Below are positions 50,501 to 59,418 of a stretch of 64,000 nt of DNA, in pieces; the first letter of the stretch is position 1; each line of letters starts with the position of its first letter. The stretch covers positions 28,582,001 to 28,646,000 of the forward strand of contig CM069145.1 in NCBI GenBank assembly GCA_035221665.1, given 5' to 3'. The notes below the pieces were generated by a model that saw only the letters and a list, made by a program, of their open reading frames with translations, was not told where the DNA came from and ran no database searches. The position numbers were made by a program, and so were the translations under genes. Origin of the DNA: Okamejei kenojei (lineage: Eukaryota).

Positions 50501-51760
50501 TAATAAAGCATGGAACTTCATTACAATGGTTTTTCCCACTCTATGTGCTTCAATTCCATCATCTCCCAGAGGCAAGAAATATGACAAATAACTATTTCTC
50601 CATTTTGAGATTCAAAAGAACATCCCGAAATAATCTTCCATTTCACTTCAATCACGTCATACGTTATCCTCAGGTGTAATGAGCAATCATGTCATTTCAG
50701 GTTTATGATGCCTTTTAATATTGATTGTACTTGCAACAGACCAAAAAAGGGGTTCTACTCCATTGATAGTCTGTTCCAAACAGTAACTCAAGCGCCCAAA
50801 AATGCGTAGGATTTTAAATCCCGTTACTGTCATCCTTTTTTCTTTGCTTCTAATTTTAAGTAACTTAATTTTTCTGATCCCGTTTAATGGAACTGGAATT
50901 AAGTGTACAAGCTTCAATTAAGCCTGTCAGTTAAGGATACTGAGAGCAGTTATAAATGAAAGTCTGGGTGATTCTGGACAGGATTCAAATTAACCTAGGT
51001 TAGACAAAAGGATATGCAGGGATTGGCGAGATATGGATCACATGCAGGCAGAGGAGATTAGTTTAAACAGGCTTCATGTTCAGCAGGGACATTGGGGGCC
51101 AAAGGGCCTATTCCTGTGCTGTACCCCCTCCATCGACTCCTTTTAGTCGAGACTAAAAACTCATCTCTACTCCCAAGCCTTCCTAGACGTTCTCTGAGTG
51201 AGGGCTATATGTATGTAGTGATGTTTTTATTTAATCTATGAACCACTGTTGTTTGTTATACTATTCATACCAATATAAAGCACTTTGGCCAACGAGAGTT
51301 GTTTTTTAAATGTGCTATATAAATAAAAAGTGACTTGAATTGACTACTGTTCTATGTTCTCTGTTCTAGAGGGACACAGTGAATTTTTTTTCACTCACTC
51401 TTATTTACATGGCCCTCGGATTGATCAGCTCCATTTTATTTGTAATAAGTTGAGGAATTAAATGAAACAAAAGTGTGCACTCCACTAAGTTTGAGCTTTT
51501 GTATGAGAAGTGAAAAGTGAACCTTCGTCTGCTATGTACCATGACGTACCTGGCTTGAAGACACTCAATGCTGTCATTTGAAGGAGAAGGAACTATTTAT
51601 TGTCCTGACTACTATTCCTCATCTGAAGCAGAACAAACAAACTTTAACATTTTGAAAGTTGACGCATCTTACCTTGCAGGTACATTTCTTCTCCTTCTGT
51701 GAACATCTGGTTGCACCTGCTGCATCGTGCACAGCTCGGATGATAATGTTTGTCTCCTGC
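2429..51760 (-). CDS. ABLIM1: Actin-binding LIM protein 1, partial multi-exon gene (11 internal coding exons; both ends outside the window)
   Basis: Exons 51673-51760, 48251-48309, 35641-35718, 33882-34037, 28938-28973, 24623-24752, 16434-16538, 14035-14082, 8475-8612, 5219-5307 and 2429-2558 splice in frame with GT-AG ends into a 352-codon product colinear with vertebrate ABLIM1 as I recall it. Confidence 0.95.
3170..3605 (+). mobile_element. Penelope-like element terminal region, two direct-repeat units
   Basis: Unit ctgaagaa..gacc..aaac.tcacctattcctttt..ccaga.atgctgtctgacc.gctgagttact begins at 3172 and again at 3482; the spacer matches the reverse complement of the 47480-47660 region. 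Confidence 0.75.
3882..4173 (+). mobile_element. tRNA-derived V-SINE (HE1-like)
   Basis: B-box ggttcgatcc, V-domain ggagtttgcacattct...tttcct.ccacac, CR1-like tail gggccgaagggcctgtttcc, (taaac)n end. Confidence 0.85.
4242..4527 (+). mobile_element. V-SINE copy
   Basis: Same consensus as 3882-4173. Confidence 0.8.
5219..5307 (-). CDS. ABLIM1: ABLIM1 exon: (G)[29 protein letters not shown]
   Basis: 89 nt, tgtcag acceptor, AAA|gtaagt donor; acidic, coiled-coil-like segment. Confidence 0.94.
5820..6127 (-). mobile_element. V-SINE copy
   Basis: Reverse complement of the consensus (caggatcgaacccgggtc B-box). Confidence 0.8.
7501..7717. mobile_element. MITE with GGGCCTGTCCCACTT TIRs (PIF/Harbinger- or Kolobok-like)
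   Basis: gggcctgtcccactt ... aagtgggataggccc; CpG-rich interior. Confidence 0.8.
7760..8110 (+). repeat. Old elasmobranch SINE-like repeat (second copy at about 29560-29865)
   Basis: Shared diverged blocks (ccatctgattcaccaatg, ggttg..tt.aactg, catc.atgaa) between the two loci. Confidence 0.45.
8475..8612 (-). CDS. ABLIM1: ABLIM1 exon: (D)[45 protein letters not shown]
   Basis: 138 nt (132 nt from a second acceptor at 8606), G|gtatga donor; SKFPAA..PDP...ETD.WP motif. Confidence 0.94.
   Translation of the reverse strand: MQMQWQHNSRQAWRSSSHPSSQPPTLQTPIRLLRWRLTTGQALVQ
10449..10740 (-). mobile_element. V-SINE copy
   Basis: (gttta)n tail, V-domain and head on the minus strand. Confidence 0.85.
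11961..13360 (-). mobile_element. Tc1/mariner DD34E transposon relic with IR/DR-type ends; outer part of the left IR missing
   Basis: ORF fragments 12538..12798 (WSDETKI) and 12046..12459 ([22 protein letters not shown]-34 [11 protein letters not shown]); terminus TA-CAGTGCATTCAGAAAGTATTC at 13360; inner IR acatttacataagtattcagac at both ends; frameshifted. Confidence 0.92.
14035..14082 (-). CDS. ABLIM1: ABLIM1 exon: (D)[15 protein letters not shown]
   Basis: 48 nt, ctctccacag acceptor, G|gtatag donor, [11 protein letters not shown] motif. Confidence 0.95.
16434..16538 (-). CDS. ABLIM1: ABLIM1 exon, probably a cassette: (G)[34 protein letters not shown]
   Basis: 105 nt, phase 1-1, unusual GAG acceptor (ttattggag), CAG|gtagg donor; lies within ORF 16396..16644. 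Confidence 0.92.
18540..19430 (-). mobile_element. CR1 (HER1-like) LINE, 5'-truncated
   Basis: ORF 19102..19416 [37 protein letters not shown]; 3' UTR gaagggccgaatggcct and ttctatgtttct tail. Confidence 0.92.
20866..21184 (-). mobile_element. V-SINE copy
   Basis: Full-length reverse-complement consensus. Confidence 0.85.
21275..21328 (+). ncRNA. Predicted minimal HDV/CPEB3-like self-cleaving ribozyme (no P4 stem)
   Basis: P1 AGGGTGG/CCGCCCT, P2 GATTGCA/TGCAATC, P3 ACC/GGT, L3 TTCACGT, J1/4 GT, J4/2 C(21318)TAA in the correct nested double-pseudoknot order. Confidence 0.8.
21276..21406 (+). mobile_element. Short ribozyme-headed retroposon (SINE-like)
   Basis: 14-bp TSD gagaaggg(g/a)catta at 21262-21275 and 21407-21420; 3' stem gacgtgcaca/tgtgcacgcc; aaagaa tail. 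Confidence 0.8.
22030..23720 (-). mobile_element. CR1 (HER1-like) LINE, ~1.7 kb 3' portion, frameshifted
   Basis: RT motifs [68 protein letters not shown] across ORFs 22150-23719. Confidence 0.95.
23938..24128. repeat. Palindromic Penelope-derived repeat (similar copies at 27100-27303, 28622-28842, 40559-40786 and 49049-49250)
   Basis: gacacaaagtgctggagtaactcagcgggtcaggca... followed by its reverse complement around a gaagggtc..gac..gaaa centre. Confidence 0.8.
24167..24370 (-). repeat. Ancient Deu-domain-like SINE remnant (weaker copy at about 2935-3130)
   Basis: ttgcattta.atagtgccttt ... aaatag.gcatgggatctttt, resembling a DeuSINE/SacSINE1 reverse strand from memory. Confidence 0.4.
24623..24752 (-). 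CDS. ABLIM1: ABLIM1 exon: [43 protein letters not shown](G/D)
   Basis: 130 nt, tttcag acceptor, G|gtaagt donor, SPQHFHRP motif. Confidence 0.95.
24949..25151. mobile_element. MITE with ~36-bp TIRs, flanked by TTAA
   Basis: TTAA-gggcctgtcccactttcaagacctaattca ... tgaattaggtcgtgaaagtgggacaggccc-TTAA. Confidence 0.88.
25754..25950. repeat. Diverged tandem duplication, two copies of ~95-100 bp
   Basis: ggttttgttaa.atg.gcatt ... gtgcaa..ggtaaaaa ... caaactttacaatcctgtgg occurs twice. Confidence 0.75.
28938..28973 (-). CDS. ABLIM1: ABLIM1 exon: [12 protein letters not shown]
   Basis: 36 nt, gacag acceptor, GAG|gtcagt donor. Confidence 0.93.
31225..31735 (-). mobile_element. CR1 LINE 3' fragment with an internal deletion
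   Basis: ORF 31477..31740 [37 protein letters not shown]; well-conserved 3' UTR. Confidence 0.92.
33882..34037 (-). CDS. ABLIM1: ABLIM1 exon: [52 protein letters not shown]
   Basis: 156 nt, ttcccag acceptor, GAG|gtac donor; hallmark ABLIM/dematin motif [20 protein letters not shown]. Confidence 0.97.
34173..34491 (+). mobile_element. V-SINE copy
   Basis: Head with A/B-box-like motifs, V-domain, (ctaaa)n tail. Confidence 0.85.
34757..35010 (-). mobile_element. V-SINE copy, head truncated
   Basis: Reverse-complement consensus. Confidence 0.7.
35641..35718 (-). CDS. ABLIM1: ABLIM1 exon: [26 protein letters not shown]
   Basis: 78 nt, polypyrimidine tract plus ttgcag acceptor, TAC|gtgagt donor. 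Confidence 0.95.
36642..36930 (+). mobile_element. V-SINE copy
   Basis: Consensus match with (taaac)n tail. Confidence 0.8.
37296..37562 (-). mobile_element. V-SINE copy; its (gatt)n tail contains an ~80-bp Penelope fragment (about 37202-37283)
   Basis: caggatcgaacccgg B-box on the minus strand; (gatt)n on both sides of the fragment. Confidence 0.75.
38500..38900 (-). mobile_element. Penelope-like G-rich 3' UTR fragment (related pieces at 19775-19960, 31850-32055 and 45560-46035)
   Basis: Shared blocks ttgattggca.atgggtg.agtaagtgaca.ag.ctggaggtga and ttgaaattagagaaat. Confidence 0.6.
39516..39847. mobile_element. Old Tigger/pogo-like MITE
   Basis: Degenerate TIRs with TA ends: tacaaacacaccccgactaatgcaa versus the reverse complement of ttacgtaagatggggagtgcctgta. 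Confidence 0.5.
41106..41403 (+). mobile_element. V-SINE copy (further diverged or partial copies at about 14495-14790, 27682-27776 and 38075-38405)
   Basis: Consensus match. Confidence 0.8.
42332..42409 (-). mobile_element. 78-bp Penelope terminal fragment with 14-bp TSD
   Basis: agatcaaatcgtgc at 42318-42331 and 42410-42423. Confidence 0.8.
42651..43552 (+). mobile_element. L1-clade LINE, 5'-truncated, with poly(A) and 10-bp TSD
   Basis: ORF2 C-terminal zinc-finger-like region [13 protein letters not shown]...C....[16 protein letters not shown]; T-rich 3' UTR, aataaa and A-tail; aatggagaga at 42641-42650 and 43553-43562. Confidence 0.88.
44330..44645 (+). mobile_element. CR1 LINE 3' fragment (second subfamily)
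   Basis: agggtggaaatgtcaaagactagagg..gcaggcagaggagattagtttaacttggcatc..ctgtactgttcta. Confidence 0.75.
47345..47730 (-). mobile_element. Penelope-like element 3' end: GIY-YIG C-terminus plus UTR with a hammerhead-like core
   Basis: 47724 to 47671 reads [17 protein letters not shown]; CTGAAGA-agggtctcgaccc-GAAACGTC at 47476 to 47449. Confidence 0.82.
48251..48309 (-). CDS. ABLIM1: ABLIM1 exon: (G)[19 protein letters not shown]
   Basis: 59 nt, aatag acceptor, AGG|gtgagc donor, final HxxC of LIM4. Confidence 0.95.
49370..49505 (+). repeat. LINE 3' end fragment, Rex1/Babar-like (opposite-strand copy at about 17340-17440; ORF-like piece at about 46660-46735)
   Basis: ggctcgattgtaatcatgt...tttcactgtacctcggtacacgtgacaataaactaaac. 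Confidence 0.5.
49992..50326. mobile_element. GC-rich non-autonomous DNA transposon (hAT-like termini) with 5-bp TSD
   Basis: Imperfect TIRs catgggttgcggaac / gttccgtggcccctg; ttctg at 49987-49991 and 50327-50331. Confidence 0.75.
51125..51345 (+). mobile_element. L2-like LINE 3' end nested in a CR1 3' tail
   Basis: ..[12 protein letters not shown]; aaagcactttgg..tttaaatgtgctatataaataaa; (gactt)n-like tail; splits cctgtgctgtac|tgttctatgttct. Confidence 0.7.
51673..51760 (-). CDS. ABLIM1: ABLIM1 exon, LIM4 C-terminal part: [29 protein letters not shown](G)
   Basis: 88 nt, ctag acceptor, G|gtaag donor, LIM HxxCxxCxxC pattern. Confidence 0.96.
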
Positions 51761-51940
51761 CTAGATCCAAACAAAGTGGCCATTAGCAATCATGCCCAAG
51801 AGAACTATTGCACAAAACAAACTGTACAATCAGTCATGTTGGGCAATCACAAGGATCCAGACTTAGATATTCAAAGTGTAATAGCTTCCCATTATATTCA
51901 TGGATCAATCCTGGATTGAATGAATTAACTATAAATGAAA

Positions 51941-52549
51941 CTAGACGAAGTGGGACCCATTGGGCCCCTGTCACAGGGGAGGCCTGGTCCCCCAACGCAA
52001 CCCGTTCCCCAATGCAATATTCCACCACTCACCCGTTCCCCCAATACAACCCGTCCCCCCAATGCAATATTGCATCACTCACGCTTAGCCCCCAACTGCA
52101 CAGGCACGGCTCATTTCCCCTCATCCCCAGCACTCCCTCCCCCTCCTCTTCACCCTCTCTCCTGTTCCCCTCCGCCAATCCCTCCCTCACCTCTCTCTCT
52201 CTCCTTTCCACTACCCTCAGTCCCTCCCTCCCTCCCTCCCTCCCTCCATAATTCTTTACCCCTCTATCCCCCACTCCTCACCTCCCCCTATCCCCCTACT
52301 ACCTCACCTGACCTCCCCCACTGCCTTCCTCTCCCTGTAGTCCCCCTCCTCCCCCACTTCGCCCCTCTCCCTCCCCTACCCCCTTCCTCTCCCTCAATAC
52401 CCCCACTCTCCCTTCACACCTCCCCATGATCTTTCCCCTCTCCACCTTCCTCCCCAATCCCTCCGTCACCTCTCCCTCCCCTCCCCTTTCCCCTACTCTC
52501 AGTCACTCCCTCCTTCTCTCCCTCAATCCATAAAATGCAGCATCTGCAG

Positions 52550-52580
<31 letters not shown>

Positions 52581-53300
52581 CTCAAACTCCATGCAAACTG
52601 CTCGGCCACCCTGCAACACGACTCTCCCTCCCGCCATCTGCCCACTCCGCCACCGCTAGGCCTGTCCCCGTCCTGTCTGACGGCCTACTGCTGCCACTCA
52701 GCTCATCCCCGTCCTGCCCACTGCTGCCACACGGCCCACCCTCCCCCTGCCCACCCGCCTACCTGCCTGCTCGCTGCCACTGCGGGGGGGGTGGGGGGGT
52801 GGGGGTGGGGGGGGGGGGATGGAGTCGGTGTCCGTCAAGGTGGGCACCACGAGTTTCGATGAGCTGGTGGAGAAGATCTCCTCCGAGAAGGCCGTGAGGG
52901 CGAGTCTGGCGGAGGAAACGGACCCGGTGGACGGGTAGATGGGACTGCCATTGCCGCAGAGGGCGGGTGGGGGTGAGTGATGAGGGAGAGAGAGACGGGC
53001 CCAGAGCCTCCACTGAACCCCCCCCCCCCTCCCCCCCCGCGGTTGCTGTCGGTGGTGGGGGAGACGATAGACAAGTTACTGTGAGGAGTGGAAAGAGGAG
53101 TTTGTGAGTGAGGGAGGGCAGACCGCCGCCGGTGGGGCAGGAAGGGTCGTCGCCATCCCAGCCATGGCATTGACTGACAGGAGAAGAGACCAATCTGCGT
53201 GATGTTGACTGAAGGTTTTTAAGATTTTTAAACCTCGATAACTTTTACAATATACCACCGATCTGAACAAAACGTGTTGCACTTGCAGCACAGGGGAACT
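51941..53300 (-). mobile_element. Non-autonomous Helitron-like element with a low-complexity GC-rich interior
   Basis: Minus-strand end ...hairpin (gggaccc-att-gggcccc, 51952-51968)...CTAG followed by T; interior ~50-bp repeats, CT-rich tract 52130-52530, (GTGC)n 52548-52580; the other end was not identified. Confidence 0.6.
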
Positions 53301-54419
53301 GGCGTCCTCTCTGCAGGGCACCAGTGGAGCAGTGTTTTAGACACACCGCAGATTTGCAAATTCACACACACAAGATAATTGCAACTAGTCTCCACTGTGA
53401 CACTTGAAGATCTTCCAAGTTTCCTTTGAAACATAAGGAACAATGCTCATTTAGTGTAATTCTTGACTCCCCAGTTGCCAGGGTAACCAGGAGGTGACAG
53501 GAATGAATGTATAATGTAAACCAAATGCAATCTGTCAAATTAGCAACCTCCAACTCAACTTGCCTTTCCTGCACTGCTGTGCTGAGTAATACAGAATGGT
53601 TGTCAAGATAACAAGATCAACATGGAGCTCATGGTATACCAATTGACAACTGAAGTGGTCTTCTGACATGATATTTGAATATACTCATTGTGCAAGACAG
53701 CAACTGGGAAAAAGGGCTAACGTTCGTAAGTTGTAATTGAAAAGATGCAAACTCCAGATGCTCGAAATATTTGACACTAAAAATCAGGACAAAATGCTGG
53801 AGATACGTGATGCTTTAGGCAGTAGATGTGGAGGAAGAAAAAGAGAGAAAGAATTCCAAATAATCAAGCTGAAATATTAATTCTGATGCTGGGCATTTTT
53901 GAATGTTCCGCTTTCAGCTCCAGATGTTTTGTCTCGCTTCGTAGATTTCCATCTCAGATCGCACACATAAGGAAATACACAATAAACAGTAACAGACCTT
54001 ACCATTTATTGTGTCTGTCTTACCCATTGCTCTGTGAATCTGGCATTATCTCCACACAAATTTACATATGCTGCACTGATTTTAATTTCTATAAAAGGTA
54101 AGACAATTTCAATAATTATTTTACATTTACAGTGGATGGCCTGGCTGTAATTATGTATAGTCTTTTTGCTGACTTTCATCTCTGTCATTATTATGCAAGG
54201 CTAGGTGATACATTTGGAAAGGATGATGGAAACTACTCATCACCTAGCCTTAATAATCCTTGGAATGTTACATCTCCACAAATTCTCTACCAGCTCATAC
54301 TTTCATCTCTGAACTCCTGGTTGTGTCAGCATTTAATATGAACCTTTTTCTTTATAGCATGTCACGATGTTTGCTGATCCCACCACCTCCCACCGCTTTT
54401 TTCCCCTGTAGCATCGAAG

Positions 54420-55530
54420 CCCGAGGGGTGATCTTATAGAGGTGTATAAAATCATGAGTGGCATAACATAGAACATTTCAACACAGGAACAGGCCATTCG
54501 ACTCTCTTAAATACTTATATCGTATTTGCTTCCACCGTGACCCCTGGTAGTGTGTTCCAGGCATTCACCACTCTCTATATATAAAAACCTGCCTCGCACA
54601 TTTCCCTCAAACTTTGCCCCTCTCTCCTTAATGCCATGCCCTCTTGTCTTTGACATTTCCACCCTGGGAAAAGGTTTTGATTGTCTGCCCGATCTATGCA
54701 TCTCACAATTTTATATACTTGTATCAACTCTTCCCTCAACGCTCCGGAGAGAACAATTCAAGTTTGTCCAACCTATCCTTATAGCTGATGCCCTTTAATC
54801 CATGCAGTATCCAGGTAAACCTCTTCTGTACCCTTTCCAATGCCTCCACATCATTTCTGTAATGGGGTGACTTAAATAAGTTGAATAGCCACAATCCCTC
54901 CCCCAGAGTAGGGGAGAATGAAACTAAAAGTGACCAGGGAAAATCGGTTAAAAGTGACCAGGGAAAATATTTAAAGGGGGGGCTGAAGGGCAACATTTGC
55001 AAACACAGGATGGTATGTAAATAGAACAAACAGCAAAAGGAAATGGGCGAAGCAGGTTTAACTATGGAACTTAAAAGACATTTGAACAGGTATAAAGGAC
55101 ATAGAACAATACAACACAGGAACAGACCCTTCAGCCCACAATGTTTATGCTGAATATGACGCCAAGTTAAACTGATCTCATCTGCCTGTACATGATTCAT
55201 ATCCCTCTATTCCCTGCACTTCCATGTGCCTACCTAAAAGCCTCTCAAACACCACTATTGTATCAGCCTCCCCGATGCATTCCCAGCTCGCACTACTCAC
55301 TGTGTATAGAAAGCCTGCCCACATATCTCCATTAAACTTTCCACTCACCTTTTTGCTCTGCCATCTAGAGTTGAAGATTTACACCCCAGGAACAAAGTTC
55401 TGACCATCTACCCTGTCGATGCCTATCATCATTTTTATATACTCCTACCAAGTCTCCCTTCAACTTTTGACATGGACAGGAAAGATATAGGGTATATGGG
55501 ACAAACAGGCAAATGGAACTTGCATGGACA
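54420..55530. mobile_element. Cluster of nested CR1 3' fragments in both orientations
   Basis: SPHYRNDVEALERVQKRFT..GISYKDRLDKLELFS (ORF 54736..55200) and several ccattcg/cccttcagccc tails. Confidence 0.8.
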
Positions 55531-56555
55531 AGTGGAGTTGAATGTATAGCTTTAATGATTCTAAGAAAGCTAAAACATTTGAGCCACAGTAAACCCTGGC
55601 AAATAAGCAGGATGCAGACACAAGGCAGGAAGCCAATCCTGTCATGTGCTGAACACAAACACAACTCGCTAAACTGAGTAAATCTTTTGGGGAGGATGGT
55701 ATCGCATTGTGCAGCTGTAACTTGTGCACTCCACCCAGTCACTGAGGAGACGGCGGGGGGGGGGGGGGGGGGGGGGGGGGTTAGCAACAGTGAAATAACA
55801 ATCAAAGCAGTTTGAGCTTTAGCAGAATATTTCAGGCCATCTCACATCTTTCACAATACTTGAGCAGAAACACTCATAACCAGTTGCCACTGCTCTGACC
55901 ATAGGAATATTGCTCAATGTGGACTTGAACTGAACAGAACCATATAGTTCACAAATGTATAAGAGAACTGCTGGCACCACGCATTGCTCAGATCAATGTG
56001 ATTCTGGTTACTACACTTACACATTGCAGAAGTCAGACCCAAACTGGAGGTCAGGCCTGACTTCCCACTCCACTGCTGATTTAATATTGAACAGAGCTTT
56101 GGGATCAGGTGTATTTTTCACCTGTTCCCTTGGGATTACTGATCGGGTTTGAAAAGGTCAGTATTGGCAACTTTTTATTTTTATGTTTTTAATGAATACA
56201 TAAAAGTTAAATTCAGTAAATTGTTTTGTTTCAATTATCTTGTTCCTTTCAAACTTTCTAAATGTCTTTGATCTTCAGGTCAATTTAAAAGCAGGTCAAT
56301 AGCGGACAATAATGTGTTACCAATGGCGATCAGGGCAATCTGGGAACAGGTTCTCAGGATCCAGTACCTGAGGCTTGGTATTGGAGTGATCCACAAGTGA
56401 CACCCATTGCTTCTCTCCAGAGATGCTGCCTGCCCCGCTGAGTTACTCCTGCATTTTGTGTCTATCTTCAATTTTCTTGGCCCCGCTCTGGGAGTAGTTC
56501 AGCGATTGTTTGCCTGCTTCTGCTGCTGTTGGAGGTGAGATCGTGCCAGGGTCTT

Positions 56556-56760
56556 GGGCCTGTCCCCATTTGGCCGTCAGTTGCGCGACAGGTAATTGGC
56601 GCGCGAAAGATTTTGTTCGCTACAAAAATTTCGGAGCCCCACACGATGTCACGCACAACTACATACCCCTCCGCGCTTCTCAGTGGGACCGGCCCCGTGC
56701 AGCCATACGATGCCCGTGCGCCTCAATGCGCTGAGGAGGCCGCGTAACTTGCGTGCCAAG
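56556..56760. mobile_element. Third member of the GGGCCTGTCCCACT MITE family, right end unclear
   Basis: gggcctgtccccattt start; interior gaaagattttgt...aaaatttcggagcccc resembles 7501-7717; TIR-like agtgggaccggccc at about 56682-56695. Confidence 0.6.
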
Positions 56761-59418
56761 AAATAGAGATTTATAGATCAGGCACGTGAGATCAGTTCAA
56801 CGCGGCATCACGTTCGGCAGAAACATTGTGGGCGGAAGGGCCCTTTCCTGTGCTGTACTGTTCTATGTTGTATGGCAGTGGGATCTGGATCTCAATATAA
56901 ACCATGGTCAACAAAAGGTTTGTGTGTGGTTGTGGGGAGGGCGTGCACTGAGGGCGAAGCTTGAGCTGGATTGAGCATGAACATTTTTATCATGTGTAAG
57001 TAGCTTCCTGGACGCAAGTTGCGCTGTTACTTACCATGTCCACTACACTATTTGTCTACCTTAATCCATCTACTATCAATTATATGCAATCAAGAATTAG
57101 TTTGGTTTGGATTGTCCTTTCTCAATTCTCGTGCTGCTACATGGCCAGGTCACAATAGGTGAAAACAATGAGAAGGAAGCTTTGGATTTGCCAAACGGCA
57201 CACAACAAGCCATTATAGAGGATCTTCTACATCTCTCCATCTCTCATCCCAATTCTTCCATTCTTTTCACACCACCATAACATTTTATATGTTACAGTTG
57301 CCAATAAAATAGAGTGAGCACTTCCTGCGAGAGGTAGCCTTGTTTTACAGCTGTGGTCAGTTCACTCCCTCATAATCCTTCCGAACTGGCGGTGTGCCTT
57401 TAGATTTTAAGTTCTCACAAATTACTTCCCCAAAAACACAAACCCGTCCACGTCATCCATTGGTCATGCACAAATTGACTTCACATGTCACATTTTTTGA
57501 TCGCTTAATCCAATGCTTCCTGCTTTCATACAGTGTGCATTTTCACCATCCCTCTGCAAAGCGAATGGGCACTCTTCTGTATTTACTGGACCTTGGTCTA
57601 AGTGCATACAGACTGACAGGCTAAACAGCAGGCGGTAATTTACATGGAAGATGACACTGGAGAGTTTCACAAGACAGGAGCCGAAGTATCGGTAAATCGC
57701 GATGTGAAGACTCACCTCCATCAATGCCCTTCCCTTTATATGACAACGCTGACAAAAATAACAATTGAAATGTATTATAAAAAAGCACGTTTGATATTTC
57801 CTTCACAGATACCAAAATCAAACTTAGCACTTAAGATCAAAGGCAGTAGTCTACCTTAATAAACCACAAAGCCACTCAAAAATCCAGTTGTGAAGTCAGG
57901 AAGCAGGCATCTGGTGCAGAAATACACCTTCCCACTGCGACACCAACTCACTAAAGCCCCAGAGCAATGTCCATTATGAAAGCCAGGTTGGGAATAATAG
58001 GGCTTTACCATACTGATGACGTAACTATTATTAAACAATCTTAAATGTATAATCAAATATTGTTACCGAGGAATGGTTTGTAAGACCTTCTACACCTGTG
58101 GAGTGCCCAATTAAACTAGTACTTATGGAATCATGTTGGAAATGATTCAGCTGTTTGCATCATTTGTAGCTTTAAGCACAGAATATATAATAACAGCGCA
58201 CAGCCAGAAAAGGCGTTAGCTCTCATTAATGCAAAGTTTGTCTCCTGATTGCAGGCGTGGCTGTGCTTGCTCTCTTCCATATTCTCAGGGAACTGGGAGA
58301 AAGCTTTCCACAGCTCGTTTTCCCTTCCCTGCCATTCTTATGCAACAAGCTGGTTTCTTTAATGCAACCAGTAGCAAAGTAAATTCAAAATGAGTGGAAA
58401 AATATTTATTTAAATCTCTTCATTCTGCCTCAAAGAAATAAACATGCAAGGAATATTAAATATATGGAAGCTTTAGTTAGCTTATTCTTCAATCAGCCAC
58501 AACAGATACATAATGAATACAGCTGAAATCGCGGGTAACAGGCAAAAGGAACCCAAAATACCCTTGACAGCTTCAAGTCTAGACAGATGGATTAGAATAG
58601 TTTAATTAAATAGTTTGTAAAACACACTGATAGATACAAACCGGCATTTACAAGCTTTTGTTTCACTCCACATGTCTATTAAGTGCATCCACATGATGAA
58701 ACTCGACTATCCAAACATCCTTGCCACCCCAGCAGTTAATATACAACTAAATCAGGCTGAGATTTCCCCACCTTCTGCCCCACTTGCCTTTGCTGTGAAT
58801 GAACACTGCTGCTCTCCCATTGACAATCTGGATAAACTACTTCAAGACTCTCCGCACACGTGACCGAGGGCAAGGGAGTCTCCAAGCTTGTTTGTTCACA
58901 TTTTCCAGCACTGCCAGAGCTCAACTGACACAATGCACTGCAGGTGTTGCTCTTAACATGCTGGCGACTGTAATCCAATTGTGAAACCAATTATATTCCC
59001 CACAATCACGGAGCTCTCACGTCACTATTGCCCGAAACGTGTATTCTAAACAGCTGCCAATTTAATTTTTAGGAGGAGCTTTTTCGAACCAACTAAAAAT
59101 CACTGCTGAAGAAAAAATATTTTAAATATTTTATATATTAATAAATATTTTTCAAATGTTCCTGTTCTTCTATTTGGTTCCTTCTGATAGCTTAACCTAC
59201 AAAAGTGGGCTGTCCTCATAAATAACATCTTTCTCAAATCATTTTTGCAGCTCTGAAATATTTATAAATATGGCCATTAAAGGAGGTGGAAGAAAGGTTT
59301 CCCCGGCAACAAAATGAAGGTCTTTAATGTCATGAAATAAAAATGCCTTTGGTGCACTGAAAAAATGACAGTGTGCTTCAGAGCAGTGTTACCAAATAAA
59401 TTGTAGCCCCCAGCACCA

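Noticed and set aside
51808-53321. Long Pro/Ser/Gly-rich ORFs (up to 164 aa) and a CpG-island-like appearance
   Set aside because: They arise from low-complexity C/G tracts inside a probable Helitron-like repeat; no domain or splice support
55755-55780. Long poly-G/poly-C runs (also about 20392-20426, 38709-38745, 45891-45908 and 63198-63215)
   Set aside because: Homopolymers, mostly within repeats; lengths may be unreliable and no function can be supported
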